A DNA stretch of 64,000 bases from Candidatus Kaiserbacteria bacterium (GCA_026713605.1 JAPOOC010000010.1:10556-74555); one strand, 5' to 3'. Counted from the first letter of the stretch, positions 1-8,975 are shown. Notes: a model not told the origin generated them from the letters alone. Translations and numbers: made by a program.

Positions 1-81
1 TGACCCGAGTGATGTACACTGTTTTTGGCGTGTTCATTTTTATACAGCACATTTAATCTCTGTCTAAGGAGGCATTATCTG

Positions 82-255
82 ATGAAGTATTTTCTGCCGT
101 TCATGGGAATGATTGTCGTAGTGGTGGTGTCTATAGTGTTGATTTGTATCTCACCGATGGTGCGAATGATATTTGTGGTGGGAGTTTTTATCCTGTCAAC
201 CGTATTTGCAATTCATGAAAGTTTCACCATCTATAGAAAGCATAGGGGCGGGTGA
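82..255 (+). CDS. small hydrophobic membrane protein, hypothetical
   Basis: ATG at 82 is preceded by AGGAGG 8 nt upstream; the ~57 aa product is almost entirely hydrophobic (two predicted TM helices). The track ORF starts at a TTG at 25. Confidence 0.4.
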   Translation: MKYFLPFMGMIVVVVVSIVLICISPMVRMIFVVGVFILSTVFAIHESFTIYRKHRGG

Positions 256-638
256 TTGATATGTATCATTTTGCGCCGATGGAGTTATATGTTCTATTTG
301 GAGTCGGAGTTGCCTGTTATGCTATCTCGTCCTCAAGATCAGCGTCAAGGCATCCGCCCTCCAAGATTAGTCGTCTCGTTGAGTGGATGGTTCCTCTTCT
401 TTTTTATGCATCTTGGGTTCCGTTGCTATTGCATTATATAGTAATACTTTTCTGGTTACCGCCTACCATATTTATTAACCTGAGCGGTGTACTGAGTGAT
501 CCGAATGGCCTTCATGAAGTTGGTCAGTACATTGCTTACTATGTTCACATAGGAGCGGTTGCCCTATTCTTTCTCTGGATACTTTTCTTATTGCGGGTAA
601 GGCGTGATGATCAAGACGGTTCGTCCGATGGGGATTGA
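252..638 (+). CDS. hypothetical polytopic membrane protein
   Basis: 128-aa ORF with several hydrophobic stretches; start is uncertain (GTG at 252 or ATG at 261); a terminator hairpin follows. Confidence 0.35.
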   Translation: MIDMYHFAPMELYVLFGVGVACYAISSSRSASRHPPSKISRLVEWMVPLLFYASWVPLLLHYIVILFWLPPTIFINLSGVLSDPNGLHEVGQYIAYYVHIGAVALFFLWILFLLRVRRDDQDGSSDGD

Positions 639-665
639 AATCTCCTCCCATATGAGGTTTTTGTG

Positions 666-699
666 CAGAGACAGCCGTTGGCTGTCTCTGTTATGTTTT
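666..699 (+). terminator. rho-independent terminator
   Basis: Perfect 11-bp stem CAGAGACAGCC/GGCTGTCTCTG with loop GTT, followed by a T-rich run. Confidence 0.55.
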
Positions 700-762
700 A
701 GCGTAGGGAGTATTGAACTCCTTACCTGTAATGAGAAATAAAAAATATTTTTACAGAAATTC

Positions 763-780
763 AATGTTTGGTGAAACATT
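763..780. promoter_or_regulatory. palindromic GTGAAACA-type site upstream of rdgB
   Basis: AATGTTTggtgAAACATT inverted repeat containing GTGAAACA; the same half-site family occurs at 8.1-8.36 kb and 16.98-17.02 kb. Confidence 0.4.
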
Positions 781-810
781 GGTATACTTGAGGTATACGG
801 GTGGTCTTGT

Positions 811-1365
811 ATGTATCCCAACTTTTTTGCAACAGGTAATGAGGATAAGATTCGTGAGGTTCGCGCTATTCTTGGATATGCTGTGCAGCAGGTGTCTATT
901 GATCTTTTTGAGCCGCAAGGTATCAAGGTGGAAGAGGTCGTGCGCAAAAAAGCTGAGGACGCCTTTCAACAGATTGGCAAACCTGTGCTGGTTGAGGATA
1001 CTGGCTTGGAGTTTGCTGCGTGGAATGGGCTCCCCGGTGCGCTTATGAAGTGGTTTCTTGATACTGTTGGTAATGAGGGGATTCTTAAGATGCTATCTGG
1101 TGAGGCAGATCGCGTGGCAGTTGCTAAAACGGTGGTTGGATTTTTTGATGGCGATGCTGTTCATTTTTTTGTTGGAAAGGTTCATGGGACTATTTCAGAA
1201 ACAGTTCGAGGTGTCGGTGGCTTTGGTTGGGATCCCTTATTTGTTCCTGACGGTTATGATAAAAGTTTTGCCGAAATGACTCAATCTGAGAAGAACGCTG
1301 TTTCAATGCGCAGAATCGCGCTTGAGCAGATGAAGTCCTGTTTTTCTTGTGGTGGCAAGGATTAG
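811..1365 (+). CDS. rdgB: non-canonical purine NTP pyrophosphatase (RdgB/Ham1/ITPase family)
   Basis: 184 aa; N-terminal FATGNEDKIREV; GWDPLFVP and SFAEM..EKN..SMR motifs typical of the Ham1/RdgB family. Confidence 0.8.
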   Translation: MYPNFFATGNEDKIREVRAILGYAVQQVSIDLFEPQGIKVEEVVRKKAEDAFQQIGKPVLVEDTGLEFAAWNGLPGALMKWFLDTVGNEGILKMLSGEADRVAVAKTVVGFFDGDAVHFFVGKVHGTISETVRGVGGFGWDPLFVPDGYDKSFAEMTQSEKNAVSMRRIALEQMKSCFSCGGKD

Positions 1366-1382
1366 TGTGTCTGTCGGGAGGT

Positions 1383-1479
1383 GGTACACTTTCTTTATCT
1401 TGTATGATTACTCTTATATCCCGTGTGCAGAGGTGGTTGGATGGTATTACCATGTATCGTGTCGTGACGGGTGGACTTT
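1383..1479. repeat. 97-bp direct repeat, copy 1 (identical to 2035..2131)
   Basis: Base-for-base identical 97 nt (GGTACACTTTCTTTATCTTGTATGATTACTCTTATATCCCGTGTGCAGAGGTGGTTGGATGGTATTACCATGTATCGTGTCGTGACGGGTGGACTTT) to 2035..2131; it encodes the same peptide (TLSLSCMITLISRVQRWLDGITMYRVVTGGL) in both copies. Confidence 0.9.
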
Positions 1480-1480
1480 T

Positions 1481-1930
1481 TCACTCTTTTACGAGCCACA
1501 AAGTGGCTTGTGCAGTTGAGGAAAAAAGCATTGCTTTTGGTTCGTGTGGAGGGTATTTATTACGCTCATTGTATTTCTTTACCATTCCTGGCGATTCTAA
1601 AATGCTCCGCAATTGAGATTCTGGGTAACGAGACCCGAATTCGGTTAAAAATTGAGTGAGGGATTCGTGGTTGTTGCAGTCGTCCTCAATGCTAATAGCG
1701 GAAAGGTCATCGGCGTCATCTGGTTTGACTGGTCTTGCATTTTCATCGTTTTTTGTTATTACCAACTTTGAGTACCCCATTTCTTTAATTTCCGCAATCT
1801 TTTCTGAAAGATATCTCTTTTCTTTCTGAGATATCTCATTTATTTTTTCCTGTTTTTTTGGTGGTTTTTGCTCTTTGCTATTAAACTTTTCTGGCTTCAT
1901 GCTTGTATTATAACATCCTAATTTTGCCAC
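1481..1930 (-). CDS. hypothetical Lys/Glu-rich protein encoded on the insertion between the 97-bp repeats
   Basis: 149-aa ORF that exactly fills the 555-bp segment between the two repeat copies; charged, low-complexity N-terminus (KPEKFNSKEQKPPKKQEKINE); no recognisable domain. Confidence 0.4.
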   Translation of the reverse strand: MAKLGCYNTSMKPEKFNSKEQKPPKKQEKINEISQKEKRYLSEKIAEIKEMGYSKLVITKNDENARPVKPDDADDLSAISIEDDCNNHESLTQFLTEFGSRYPESQLRSILESPGMVKKYNERNKYPPHEPKAMLFSSTAQATLWLVKE

Positions 1931-3573
1931 ACTTCAATCGGTACTCCATGATATGTGTGGAAAACATGGAAAGATCAATGGACAAGCGGTATTTCTGTCT
2001 GTTGTGTGGCTGTTATTCTTTTCGGCTGTCAAATGGTACACTTTCTTTATCTTGTATGATTACTCTTATATCCCGTGTGCAGAGGTGGTTGGATGGTATT
2101 ACCATGTATCGTGTCGTGACGGGTGGACTTTGTTTTTTGGTGGTGGTGAGTTTTTTGTTGGGGTCTGTAGGATTGGTGTCGTACAGTTTTTCTGATCAGG
2201 TTACTTCGTTAGTTGTTGCGCTTGGTGTTGCTGTAGTGAGTAATGTGGTGTTTGCGCGACTGTTTCGGGTTTCTGCTCAGCATGAGTCGGCAGTTATTAC
2301 GGCGTTGATTATTTTCTTTCTTGTTATTCCCGCGACTTCGTTTTCCGGACAGTGGGTTGTTGCTGTCGTTGCTTTTGCTGCTGTCGCTTCAAAGTTCCTT
2401 TTTGTGTGGAGGCAGCAGCACATTGTTAATCCTGCTGCGTTTGGCGTGCTTGTACTCAGCGCACCCGGTTTGGTTGAAGCAGCGTGGTGGATTGGGAGCT
2501 TTTGGTTGTTTGTACCACTTGTTATCGTCGGATTTCTCGTTGTGATGAAAATACGGCGATGGCCACTTGTGTTGTGGTGCATCGGCACTGCGTTTATTGT
2601 GTATGTGTTTGAGGCGTGGCGACTCGATCTTTCTATCTCTTCTTCTGTACCCACCTTTTTCTTGTCGTGGCCTATATTGTTCCTTGCGTTTTTTATGCTC
2701 ACCGAACCGTTCACTACCCCACCAACAAAAAAAATGCAGATGTATTACGGCGCGCTGGTCGGCGGTCTTTCAAGTGCTGTTTTTTTCGCACCATATATTG
2801 CGATGTCTCCTGAACTTGCGCTGATCATTGGTAATCTTACCTTCTTCTCCTTTTCTTTGCGTAGAAAATTGCACCTCACTCTTATTAGAGCAAAGGAGGT
2901 TGCTAAAAATACCCGAGAGTTTGTTTTCACAAAACCGGAAGATGTGCGGTTTCGCGCTGGGCAGTATCTCGAATGGATGTTGCCGCACAGGAAGCCAGAC
3001 AACCGAGGGGTGCGACGATATTTTACTATTGCTTCCGCGCCGCACGAGGATGTGTTGCGGATTGCGGTTCGATTTTCTGAGGGTGGGAGCACCTATAAGC
3101 AGGCATTGCGGCAACTTGCACCTGGTGATTGTATTATTGCCAGTCAACGAGCTGGAGATTTTTTGCTACCGGATGACCCGACAAAAAAACTTGGATTTGT
3201 TGCCGGCGGGATTGGTGTTACCCCGTTCTTGAGTCACTTCGGAGACATCGCACGGCAGGGTGTGCCGCGGGATATTGCTCTGTTCTACTGTAATAACACA
3301 AGTGAGGAGATTGCGTATAGGGACATGCTTGATGCGCTTACTGATTCCGGTCAGTGTACTGTGGTGCATATCTTGGCGGAGGAGAAAGTGGTGGGGTGTG
3401 AGTATGGCTTGTTGACTGAAGATGGTATTAAAAAGTACACGCCTGATTATCAGGATCGGCTTTGGTATCTCTCTGGTCCTCCGGGGATGGTGTATGCCTA
3501 CACCACGCTATTGCAAGGCGTGGGTGTGCCAAACCGCAATATTGTTCGTGACTTCTTTCCCGGATTAGCGTGA
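1903..3573 (+). CDS. polytopic membrane protein fused to a C-terminal FNR-like FAD/NAD(P)H-binding oxidoreductase domain
   Basis: About 8 predicted TM helices in the first ~330 aa. C-terminal RRYFTIAS (RxYS FAD motif) and GGIGVTPF (GGxGxxP NAD(P) motif). The start is ambiguous (ATGs at 1903, 1966 and 2056); the 5' end is duplicated upstream at 1383. Confidence 0.7.
   Translation: MYYNILILPHFNRYSMICVENMERSMDKRYFCLLCGCYSFRLSNGTLSLSCMITLISRVQRWLDGITMYRVVTGGLCFLVVVSFLLGSVGLVSYSFSDQVTSLVVALGVAVVSNVVFARLFRVSAQHESAVITALIIFFLVIPATSFSGQWVVAVVAFAAVASKFLFVWRQQHIVNPAAFGVLVLSAPGLVEAAWWIGSFWLFVPLVIVGFLVVMKIRRWPLVLWCIGTAFIVYVFEAWRLDLSISSSVPTFFLSWPILFLAFFMLTEPFTTPPTKKMQMYYGALVGGLSSAVFFAPYIAMSPELALIIGNLTFFSFSLRRKLHLTLIRAKEVAKNTREFVFTKPEDVRFRAGQYLEWMLPHRKPDNRGVRRYFTIASAPHEDVLRIAVRFSEGGSTYKQALRQLAPGDCIIASQRAGDFLLPDDPTKKLGFVAGGIGVTPFLSHFGDIARQGVPRDIALFYCNNTSEEIAYRDMLDALTDSGQCTVVHILAEEKVVGCEYGLLTEDGIKKYTPDYQDRLWYLSGPPGMVYAYTTLLQGVGVPNRNIVRDFFPGLA
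2035..2131. repeat. 97-bp direct repeat, copy 2
   Basis: Identical to 1383..1479; it lies inside the 5' end of the membrane oxidoreductase gene. Confidence 0.9.
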
Positions 3574-3582
3574 GTTTTTACC

Positions 3583-4098
3583 TTGCTCTCGTGGTATAGT
3601 GATATTTATATGCCTCTCATTCCCATTGTTCTTATTATTGGTGTCGTTGTGATTGCGGGTTTTGTTTTTTTTATGCTCCCGAGCAGGCAGTCGCCGGAGC
3701 CACCAGCACCATCCGCGGCAACGACGGTTACTGATGTTGCTCTCCCCCTTACCCCATCATTGGAGCGTCGCATAGAGGATGTTGTGTTGTTGCAAACGAA
3801 CACCTATCGCAACGGCACTTATACCACTCATGCATCGTACTACACACCGAAGCGGCAAAAGCATGTTATTTCTGTTACCCTTTCGTTGCAGGACGATGTG
3901 ATTACTGCCGCTGATGTGCAGTATGACAGTGCTGCGGCAAAAACACCGAGCCACACACGGTTTGACGGTGCGTACGAGTCGCTCGTTCTTGGTGTGGAGA
4001 TGGATGACCTTGATCTTTCGCGGGTCGGCGGCGCATCTCTTACCACGACCGCCTTTAATGAAACACTGGCGGACATTGCCTCAGATGCATCTTTATAA
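3583..4098 (+). CDS. membrane-anchored protein with a putative FMN-binding (FMN_bind-like) domain; possible flavinylation substrate
   Basis: N-terminal TM helix, then a Pro/Ala-rich linker. C-terminal DLSRVGGASLTTT resembles the Dxx(S/T)GA(T/S) flavin-attachment motif of NqrC/RnfG-type FMN_bind domains. It sits between a flavoprotein gene and apbE. Confidence 0.45.
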   Translation: MLSWYSDIYMPLIPIVLIIGVVVIAGFVFFMLPSRQSPEPPAPSAATTVTDVALPLTPSLERRIEDVVLLQTNTYRNGTYTTHASYYTPKRQKHVISVTLSLQDDVITAADVQYDSAAAKTPSHTRFDGAYESLVLGVEMDDLDLSRVGGASLTTTAFNETLADIASDASL

Positions 4099-4985
4099 TG
4101 GTACAGATTAAGGAAATCCCCGCACTCGGTACCCACTGGTGGTTTGACTTGTTTGCCGTGCCAGCGTCACGAGAAAAAGAGATTGCTGATCGGCTTGTCA
4201 GTCGCCTCAACACCTTTGAGCAACAGTATTCGCGCTTTTTAGATACTTCTTGTGTGGGTGTGTTGAACAAAACTGGCATACTTAAAAACCCGTCTGATGA
4301 ATGCATCTCTCTGCTGCAGTTCGGGCAAAAACTGTACCGAGATACCGGCGGGATGTTTAACTTTCTCTCCGCTCATACGCAAGTTGCGCGTGGCTACGGC
4401 TCTCCTGATAGTGTGCGTGCTGGTGACAGTATGGCGCCCGCGAATCCCACACTTGATCTCGTTATTGATAAGCAGTGCGTTACGCTCCGTCGTGGTGCCG
4501 TTGACCTTGGTGGCTTTGGGAAGGGGTGGCTTATTGATGACTTGGCTGCTCTGTTGCGAACTTCTTTTGGCGTGCAGTATTTTCTTATAAACGGGGGTGG
4601 TGATATCTATGCGAGTACCCTCCCCGACAACTCGCCTGTTGTTATTTTTGTTGAGCATCCAACTGATCAAAAGCGTATTATCGCAAAAGTGCCGCTTGCC
4701 AATCAAGGGTTTGCTGGCTCTGGCACTTACAAGCGTCGGTGGCGACACGCTGATACAATGCACCACCACATCATAGCTGATCATACCGCTGCTATGACGG
4801 CTCACATCATCGCTGACACCGCGCTTACTGCTGATGTCTTCGCGACCCTCGCATGTGCGGTTGCTCCCGCAAGAGTGCCGAAGCTACTCTACGATAACAA
4901 TCTTGAACACCTCCTTATTCAGCGCGATCGTGTTATCTGTTCTGAATATTTTTCGCGGTTCCTCTTTTCATCAGTGGATAAATAA
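4098..4985 (+). CDS. apbE: FAD:protein FMN transferase (ApbE family)
   Basis: 295 aa; ApbE-like blocks DTGGMFN, VDLGGFGKGWLIDD and INGGGDIYA. Confidence 0.8.
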   Translation: MVQIKEIPALGTHWWFDLFAVPASREKEIADRLVSRLNTFEQQYSRFLDTSCVGVLNKTGILKNPSDECISLLQFGQKLYRDTGGMFNFLSAHTQVARGYGSPDSVRAGDSMAPANPTLDLVIDKQCVTLRRGAVDLGGFGKGWLIDDLAALLRTSFGVQYFLINGGGDIYASTLPDNSPVVIFVEHPTDQKRIIAKVPLANQGFAGSGTYKRRWRHADTMHHHIIADHTAAMTAHIIADTALTADVFATLACAVAPARVPKLLYDNNLEHLLIQRDRVICSEYFSRFLFSSVDK

Positions 4986-5048
4986 CGGCGAATCGGCTGT
5001 CGCGTATATGCGACAGCCGATTGTGTTGTGAGATGTCTGTTGGCAAAT

Positions 5049-5777
5049 TTACTGTGTGCTTTCAGTGTCGGATTCGGCTGTGTCGGTTTCTACCATATCC
5101 ATTTCAGTGGTTGTATCTGTTCGTGTCTTTTTGTCTGCACCCATTCTGTGGTTGCCCATGCGCTTGTAATCTTTACCCTGATGTCCCCCGCATGCACCGT
5201 GCCCGTGCCAATTAAAGCCACGGTCATCCGTTGAAGCAATTTTAGTGGCGCGTGTGTTGAACTCTTCTTGTGTCATGTCGTCGTAACGGCTCTTGTATTC
5301 GTCACCGAGCAGTGTTTTCAATTCCTGCACCTTTCCAGTGAATGCCGTAAAATCTTTATCCTCTGCCGCCTGTTTGATTGCCTGTTTGATGGCGATCATC
5401 TGCGCTTTCTTTGTGAAAGCACTTTCTGAGAGCTGGTGCATACTTCCTTCGGTCAGAGTTTTGTATGCCTCGTAATCGTTTGCGGAGAATGTGTCGCTGA
5501 TTTGTTTTTTCTTCGCAATTTTTTTCGCCTGTTCTGCAAATTCATCTTGTGTCAAAACAGTTTCCTCGTGTTTTTGATCCATCGCGGCAGTGTATGCATT
5601 GTAGTCCGCGCTTTCAAATGCTTTGTGTATCGCACTCTTGGTCTCTTCAGATACGCCACCGTGTCCGTGATGCCCTCTTTCAGCGAATACGCTTACTGCA
5701 TAGATGCTCACAAGCACTGCAATCAATAGGGCAGTTAGCATTACCATGCTTTTTGTGTTGTATATTTTTTTCATATC
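5049..5777 (-). CDS. secreted His-rich helical-repeat protein, hypothetical
   Basis: Signal peptide MKKIYNTKSMVMLTALLIAVLVSIYAVSVFA. His clusters ERGHHGHGG and NWHGHGACGGHQG. Repeated QEEF/QDEFAEQAKKIA helical segments. The start is moved from the track ORF (5885) to the signal-peptide Met. Confidence 0.5.
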   Translation of the reverse strand, partial: DMKKIYNTKSMVMLTALLIAVLVSIYAVSVFAERGHHGHGGVSEETKSAIHKAFESADYNAYTAAMDQKHEETVLTQDEFAEQAKKIAKKKQISDTFSANDYEAYKTLTEGSMHQLSESAFTKKAQMIAIKQAIKQAAEDKDFTAFTGKVQELKTLLGDEYKSRYDDMTQEEFNTRATKIASTDDRGFNWHGHGACGGHQGKDYKRMGNHRMGADKKTRTDTTTEMDMVETDTAESDTESTQ

Positions 5778-5878
5778 GGTTTTTTTATTTTTTAGCAATA
5801 CATACGATGTGTTTTCGTATGTATTTGTAGTGTAGCATGCGATATGTTTTCTTTGTTGCGTTTTAGGTAGGTATTCTT

Positions 5879-7801
5879 CTACCATTCAAATGCATTCTTT
5901 AGGTGATGGAGCATGCTTCGCGTGTCGGTGAATGCATCTTCTGATTTGAGTATGACGGTTATGATGTGCCCCTTTTGTGAAGGCGTTTTAGCGACGATGG
6001 TGAGATTGTTTTTTGCCCTCGGCGTTGTGCCGGTCTTGCCACCTAATACCTGTAACACGATTTCCTTGTCGGTGAGTAAATCGTTGGTTGTTGCTATCGG
6101 TATTGTTCGCTTCGTGGTTATTTCTGTTATGGTGTGATTGGTTTTTTGGAGGATGGCAAAAACATCTTTCTTGTTTTCAAAAATGTGTTTTAACAGTAGC
6201 GTGATGTCTGATGCGGTTGTGTAGTTTATGTTTTCACTTCCCTCTTTTGGATCAAGTCCGGTTGTGTTGAAGAAATGTGTGTTGAACATTTTTAATTGGT
6301 GGGCGCGGTCGTTCATTTTTTGTATGAATTTTTCTCTGCCGACTGTTTCTGCGATTGCAATTGCTATTTCGTTGTTTGATTCAATGAGGATTGCATGGAG
6401 TGCGTCATTGAGCAATATAGATTCTCCTGTGATAAACCTTCCTGACACACCCTTGCCGTTTAGTGCGCTTTGATTGATGCTAATACTCCTGTCCGACCGC
6501 AGTGTTTCAGACGCAACCAGTGCGGTCATCAATTTTGTTATACTTGCCATCGGTAGTTTTTTTTCTTTATTCTTTTGGAATAGCGTTTGATCTCCTCCGT
6601 TTGTGCTTGTGATTACTGCTACAGCACTGTTTGCAGATAGGATGGGTTCTTCACTACTAGTACTCTTCGGATTAGGATACCGTGTTGTTCTTTGTTGTGC
6701 CATTGGTGTTACTAGCTGCGCCTGCCAAACATCATTTCGCCAACGCCATTCAGCATCCATACCACCAAAAATCCACACCCTGTCTTTGAATACCGCTGAA
6801 AAGAAATCCTCCCTACCCTTCCACTGTGGATCAGTTACTGTTTTTTTCCACCTTATCCCATCTTCTGAATACCATACATTATTCGGTCCTTTGTTTTTTT
6901 TGTCGTTAAACCTTCCGATGAGCCACATCTTTCCTTTATACACCTCCATTGCGTGACCTTGTCGTTGCCCCCATGGCGGGCTGTTGGTTACTAGTCGCCA
7001 GTGCAATCCGTTTTCTGTTACCCACACATCGTTAAAAATCCCTCCGGTTAAATTCATACCGCCTGTCAGGTACATTTTTCCTTTGAATACTGCCGTTGCA
7101 TGATCCCACCGTGATTCCCATGGCATATTCTCTGCCTCCACCCAAGTTATCCCGTCTTCGGAATACCAAACATCGTTTTTTGTCTCTCGATTGTCATAAT
7201 TCACACCACCGATGAGCCAAATTTTATCTTGGAAAATTTCTACCATCTGCCCTTCCCGCGCAGGCCATTCTGCCTGTTTGGTTGCCTGTGTCCAGTGTAT
7301 CCCATCAGTGGATGACCAAATATCATTTGTGTAACCGGTCACCGGACTCCACCCTCCGAACATCCACAACTTGTCTTTGAAAAGTACCACCGACATAGAC
7401 CGTCTCGGTGGCCACTCTGCCGCTGCTACTGCCTGATGCCACCCCATACCATCTTCGGAATACCATATGTCGTTGAAGTGTGGTGCTTTCCAGTAGTCAA
7501 TGGTGTCGTCCCCTCTGATAGTGCTATTGCCGTTGATTCCACCCATCATCCAGAGTTTGTTTTGGAATAGAAATGCTTCACCAGAATCTCGCGTTTCCCA
7601 TGGCGCCGCTGCAGTCACCTCTGTCCAGCGCATGTCATGCCGTCTTACTATCGGTGTCTTTTTTGTGGTGTCGGTTGCTGCTGTATTTTTTTTCTCACCA
7701 TCTTTTTCGCCTACTCCCGCCAATGGGTCAAACATGGTATACATACCAAAAATAAAGAGGGCGAACATACTTGCGAGAATGACAAATTCTAACCACTTCA
7801 T
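5879..7801 (-). CDS. membrane-anchored Kelch-like beta-propeller fused to a D-alanyl-D-alanine carboxypeptidase (peptidase S11) domain
   Basis: N-terminal TM helix. About six repeats of W..(S/T)EDG..W....(L/I)W(M/L)(F/I)GG type. C-terminal SxxK (ASITK) and SNN (ESNNE) motifs of PBP5/DacA-type DD-carboxypeptidases. Confidence 0.7.
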   Translation of the reverse strand: MKWLEFVILASMFALFIFGMYTMFDPLAGVGEKDGEKKNTAATDTTKKTPIVRRHDMRWTEVTAAAPWETRDSGEAFLFQNKLWMMGGINGNSTIRGDDTIDYWKAPHFNDIWYSEDGMGWHQAVAAAEWPPRRSMSVVLFKDKLWMFGGWSPVTGYTNDIWSSTDGIHWTQATKQAEWPAREGQMVEIFQDKIWLIGGVNYDNRETKNDVWYSEDGITWVEAENMPWESRWDHATAVFKGKMYLTGGMNLTGGIFNDVWVTENGLHWRLVTNSPPWGQRQGHAMEVYKGKMWLIGRFNDKKNKGPNNVWYSEDGIRWKKTVTDPQWKGREDFFSAVFKDRVWIFGGMDAEWRWRNDVWQAQLVTPMAQQRTTRYPNPKSTSSEEPILSANSAVAVITSTNGGDQTLFQKNKEKKLPMASITKLMTALVASETLRSDRSISINQSALNGKGVSGRFITGESILLNDALHAILIESNNEIAIAIAETVGREKFIQKMNDRAHQLKMFNTHFFNTTGLDPKEGSENINYTTASDITLLLKHIFENKKDVFAILQKTNHTITEITTKRTIPIATTNDLLTDKEIVLQVLGGKTGTTPRAKNNLTIVAKTPSQKGHIITVILKSEDAFTDTRSMLHHLKNAFEW

Positions 7802-7826
7802 TTCTGTAGTGTAGCATTATATACTA

Positions 7827-8111
7827 ATGAGTGTGTTTAGAGAAAGTGTACTTACTGTTGTTTCTCGCATCCCAAAAGGGTCGGTCATGTCATACGGCGA
7901 GGTTGCAAGGCGGGCAGGGTCGCCAGGTGCCTCCCGGGCAGTTGGTCGCATCATGGCAAGCAATGTTGATCCGTTAATTCCTTGTCATAGGGTTGTCCGT
8001 TCTGATGGAGGTCTTGGGGGCTACAACCGAGGCGGCATTTCTCAAAAAAAGAAACTTTTACAGTCCGAAGGGGTTTTGATGCATGGTGGGCGTCTTGCTG
8101 TTTCTATGTGA
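7827..8111 (+). CDS. methylated-DNA-protein-cysteine methyltransferase family, DNA-binding domain (Ogt/MGMT C-terminal-like)
   Basis: 94 aa; IPCHRVVRSDGGLGGY matches the PCHRV active-site motif of MGMT. Confidence 0.7.
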   Translation: MSVFRESVLTVVSRIPKGSVMSYGEVARRAGSPGASRAVGRIMASNVDPLIPCHRVVRSDGGLGGYNRGGISQKKKLLQSEGVLMHGGRLAVSM

Positions 8112-8361
8112 AACACTTATGAAAACCCCTTTCCTTTTCCTTGTGTTTCTATGTGAAACATGTTTCACGTGAAACGATTTTTAGTTTTTTTGCCAGAATT
8201 GTTTCATGTGAAACACTTTTTTTGTAAAAGTTTATAAAAAACCCTTATTTTGTGTTGAGTGTTTCACACTGTAACATGTTTCACATGAAACTTTTTTGAT
8301 CTTTTTTCAGGATTGTTTCACGTGAAACACTTTTCCGTGAAACGCGTGAAACACTTTTTAT
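8101..8361. repeat. cluster of GTTTCA(C/T)GTGAAAC / GTGAAACATGTTTCAC palindromic repeats, each followed by a T-tract
   Basis: At least 8 copies of the GTGAAAC/GTTTCAC half-site form perfect 14-16 bp palindromes; several are followed by TTTTT (terminator-like); the cluster sits in the 300-bp intergenic region between the MGMT and yraN-like genes. Confidence 0.75.
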
Positions 8362-8374
8362 AAAATTTCATGAT

Positions 8375-8428
8375 TTGACTTTTTGTCAAGTTATTTTATT
8401 ATTTAATCATTGTTTGACTTTTTGTCAA
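8375..8428. promoter_or_regulatory. two copies of the palindrome TTGACTTTTTGTCAA (8375..8389 and 8414..8428), putative promoter/operator of the yraN-like gene
   Basis: Exact 15-bp inverted repeat present twice, 39 bp apart, containing -35-like TTGACT/TTGACA hexamers on both strands. Confidence 0.45.
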
Positions 8429-8477
8429 ATTATGATTTTACTATATTCTGTTTATCATGTTGTATAGTGCGTATAAT

Positions 8478-8844
8478 TATGTCTACATTGAGTAAATTTT
8501 TTGGAAATATTGGGGAGAAGTATGCTGAAAAATATCTAACATCTCGTGGGTACTCCATTATAGCAACGCAATGCAACGCAAAATTTGTGGAGATTGATAT
8601 TCTAGCTCGGCAGGAGAAAACATTGTATTTGTTTGAGGTGAAAAGTGTTTCACATAGAAACATTGATTCTTCAGCATTTCACCCTGTGCATCGCGTCAAT
8701 CATCGTAAAATCAAAAAAATGGATGCCTTCGCCACCTTCTATTTGAATGATCACCCTGAATACACTGGTGCCGCAATGGGAATTATTACCGTTTCTCTTG
8801 CTGAGGAGTTGCAGTATCCAGATATTCAGATTGTTTGGATTTGA
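8478..8844 (+). CDS. YraN/UPF0102 family predicted endonuclease
   Basis: GEKYAEKYLTSRGYSIIATQCNAKFVEIDILARQEKTLYLFEVKS matches the UPF0102 pattern (GE..A..YL...G..I...N.R...GEIDLIA....LVFVEVK). The start is placed at MSTLSKFF rather than the track ORF start 8410. Confidence 0.6.
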
Positions 8845-8902
8845 GTGAGTAGGGTGAGCGTTTCATTTTGTGTTACAATTTTGGTTGTGATAGTTTCGTT
8901 TA

Positions 8903-8975
8903 CGGGGAATGGTGTAACGGCTAACATGCCCGCTTTGGGAGCGGGTGATTCCGGGTTCGAATCCCGGTTCCCCGA
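8903..8975 (+). tRNA. tRNA-Pro (anticodon TGG), no encoded CCA
   Basis: Cloverleaf with acceptor CGGGGAA/TTCCCCG, anticodon stem CCCGC/GCGGG, loop TTTGGGA, T-arm GGTTCGAATCC. Confidence 0.8.

Noticed and set aside
8101-8361. Considered whether the GTGAAAC repeat cluster is a CRISPR array
   Set aside because: Repeats are short perfect palindromes with irregular spacing and T-tracts; there are no regularly sized unique spacers and no cas genes nearby.
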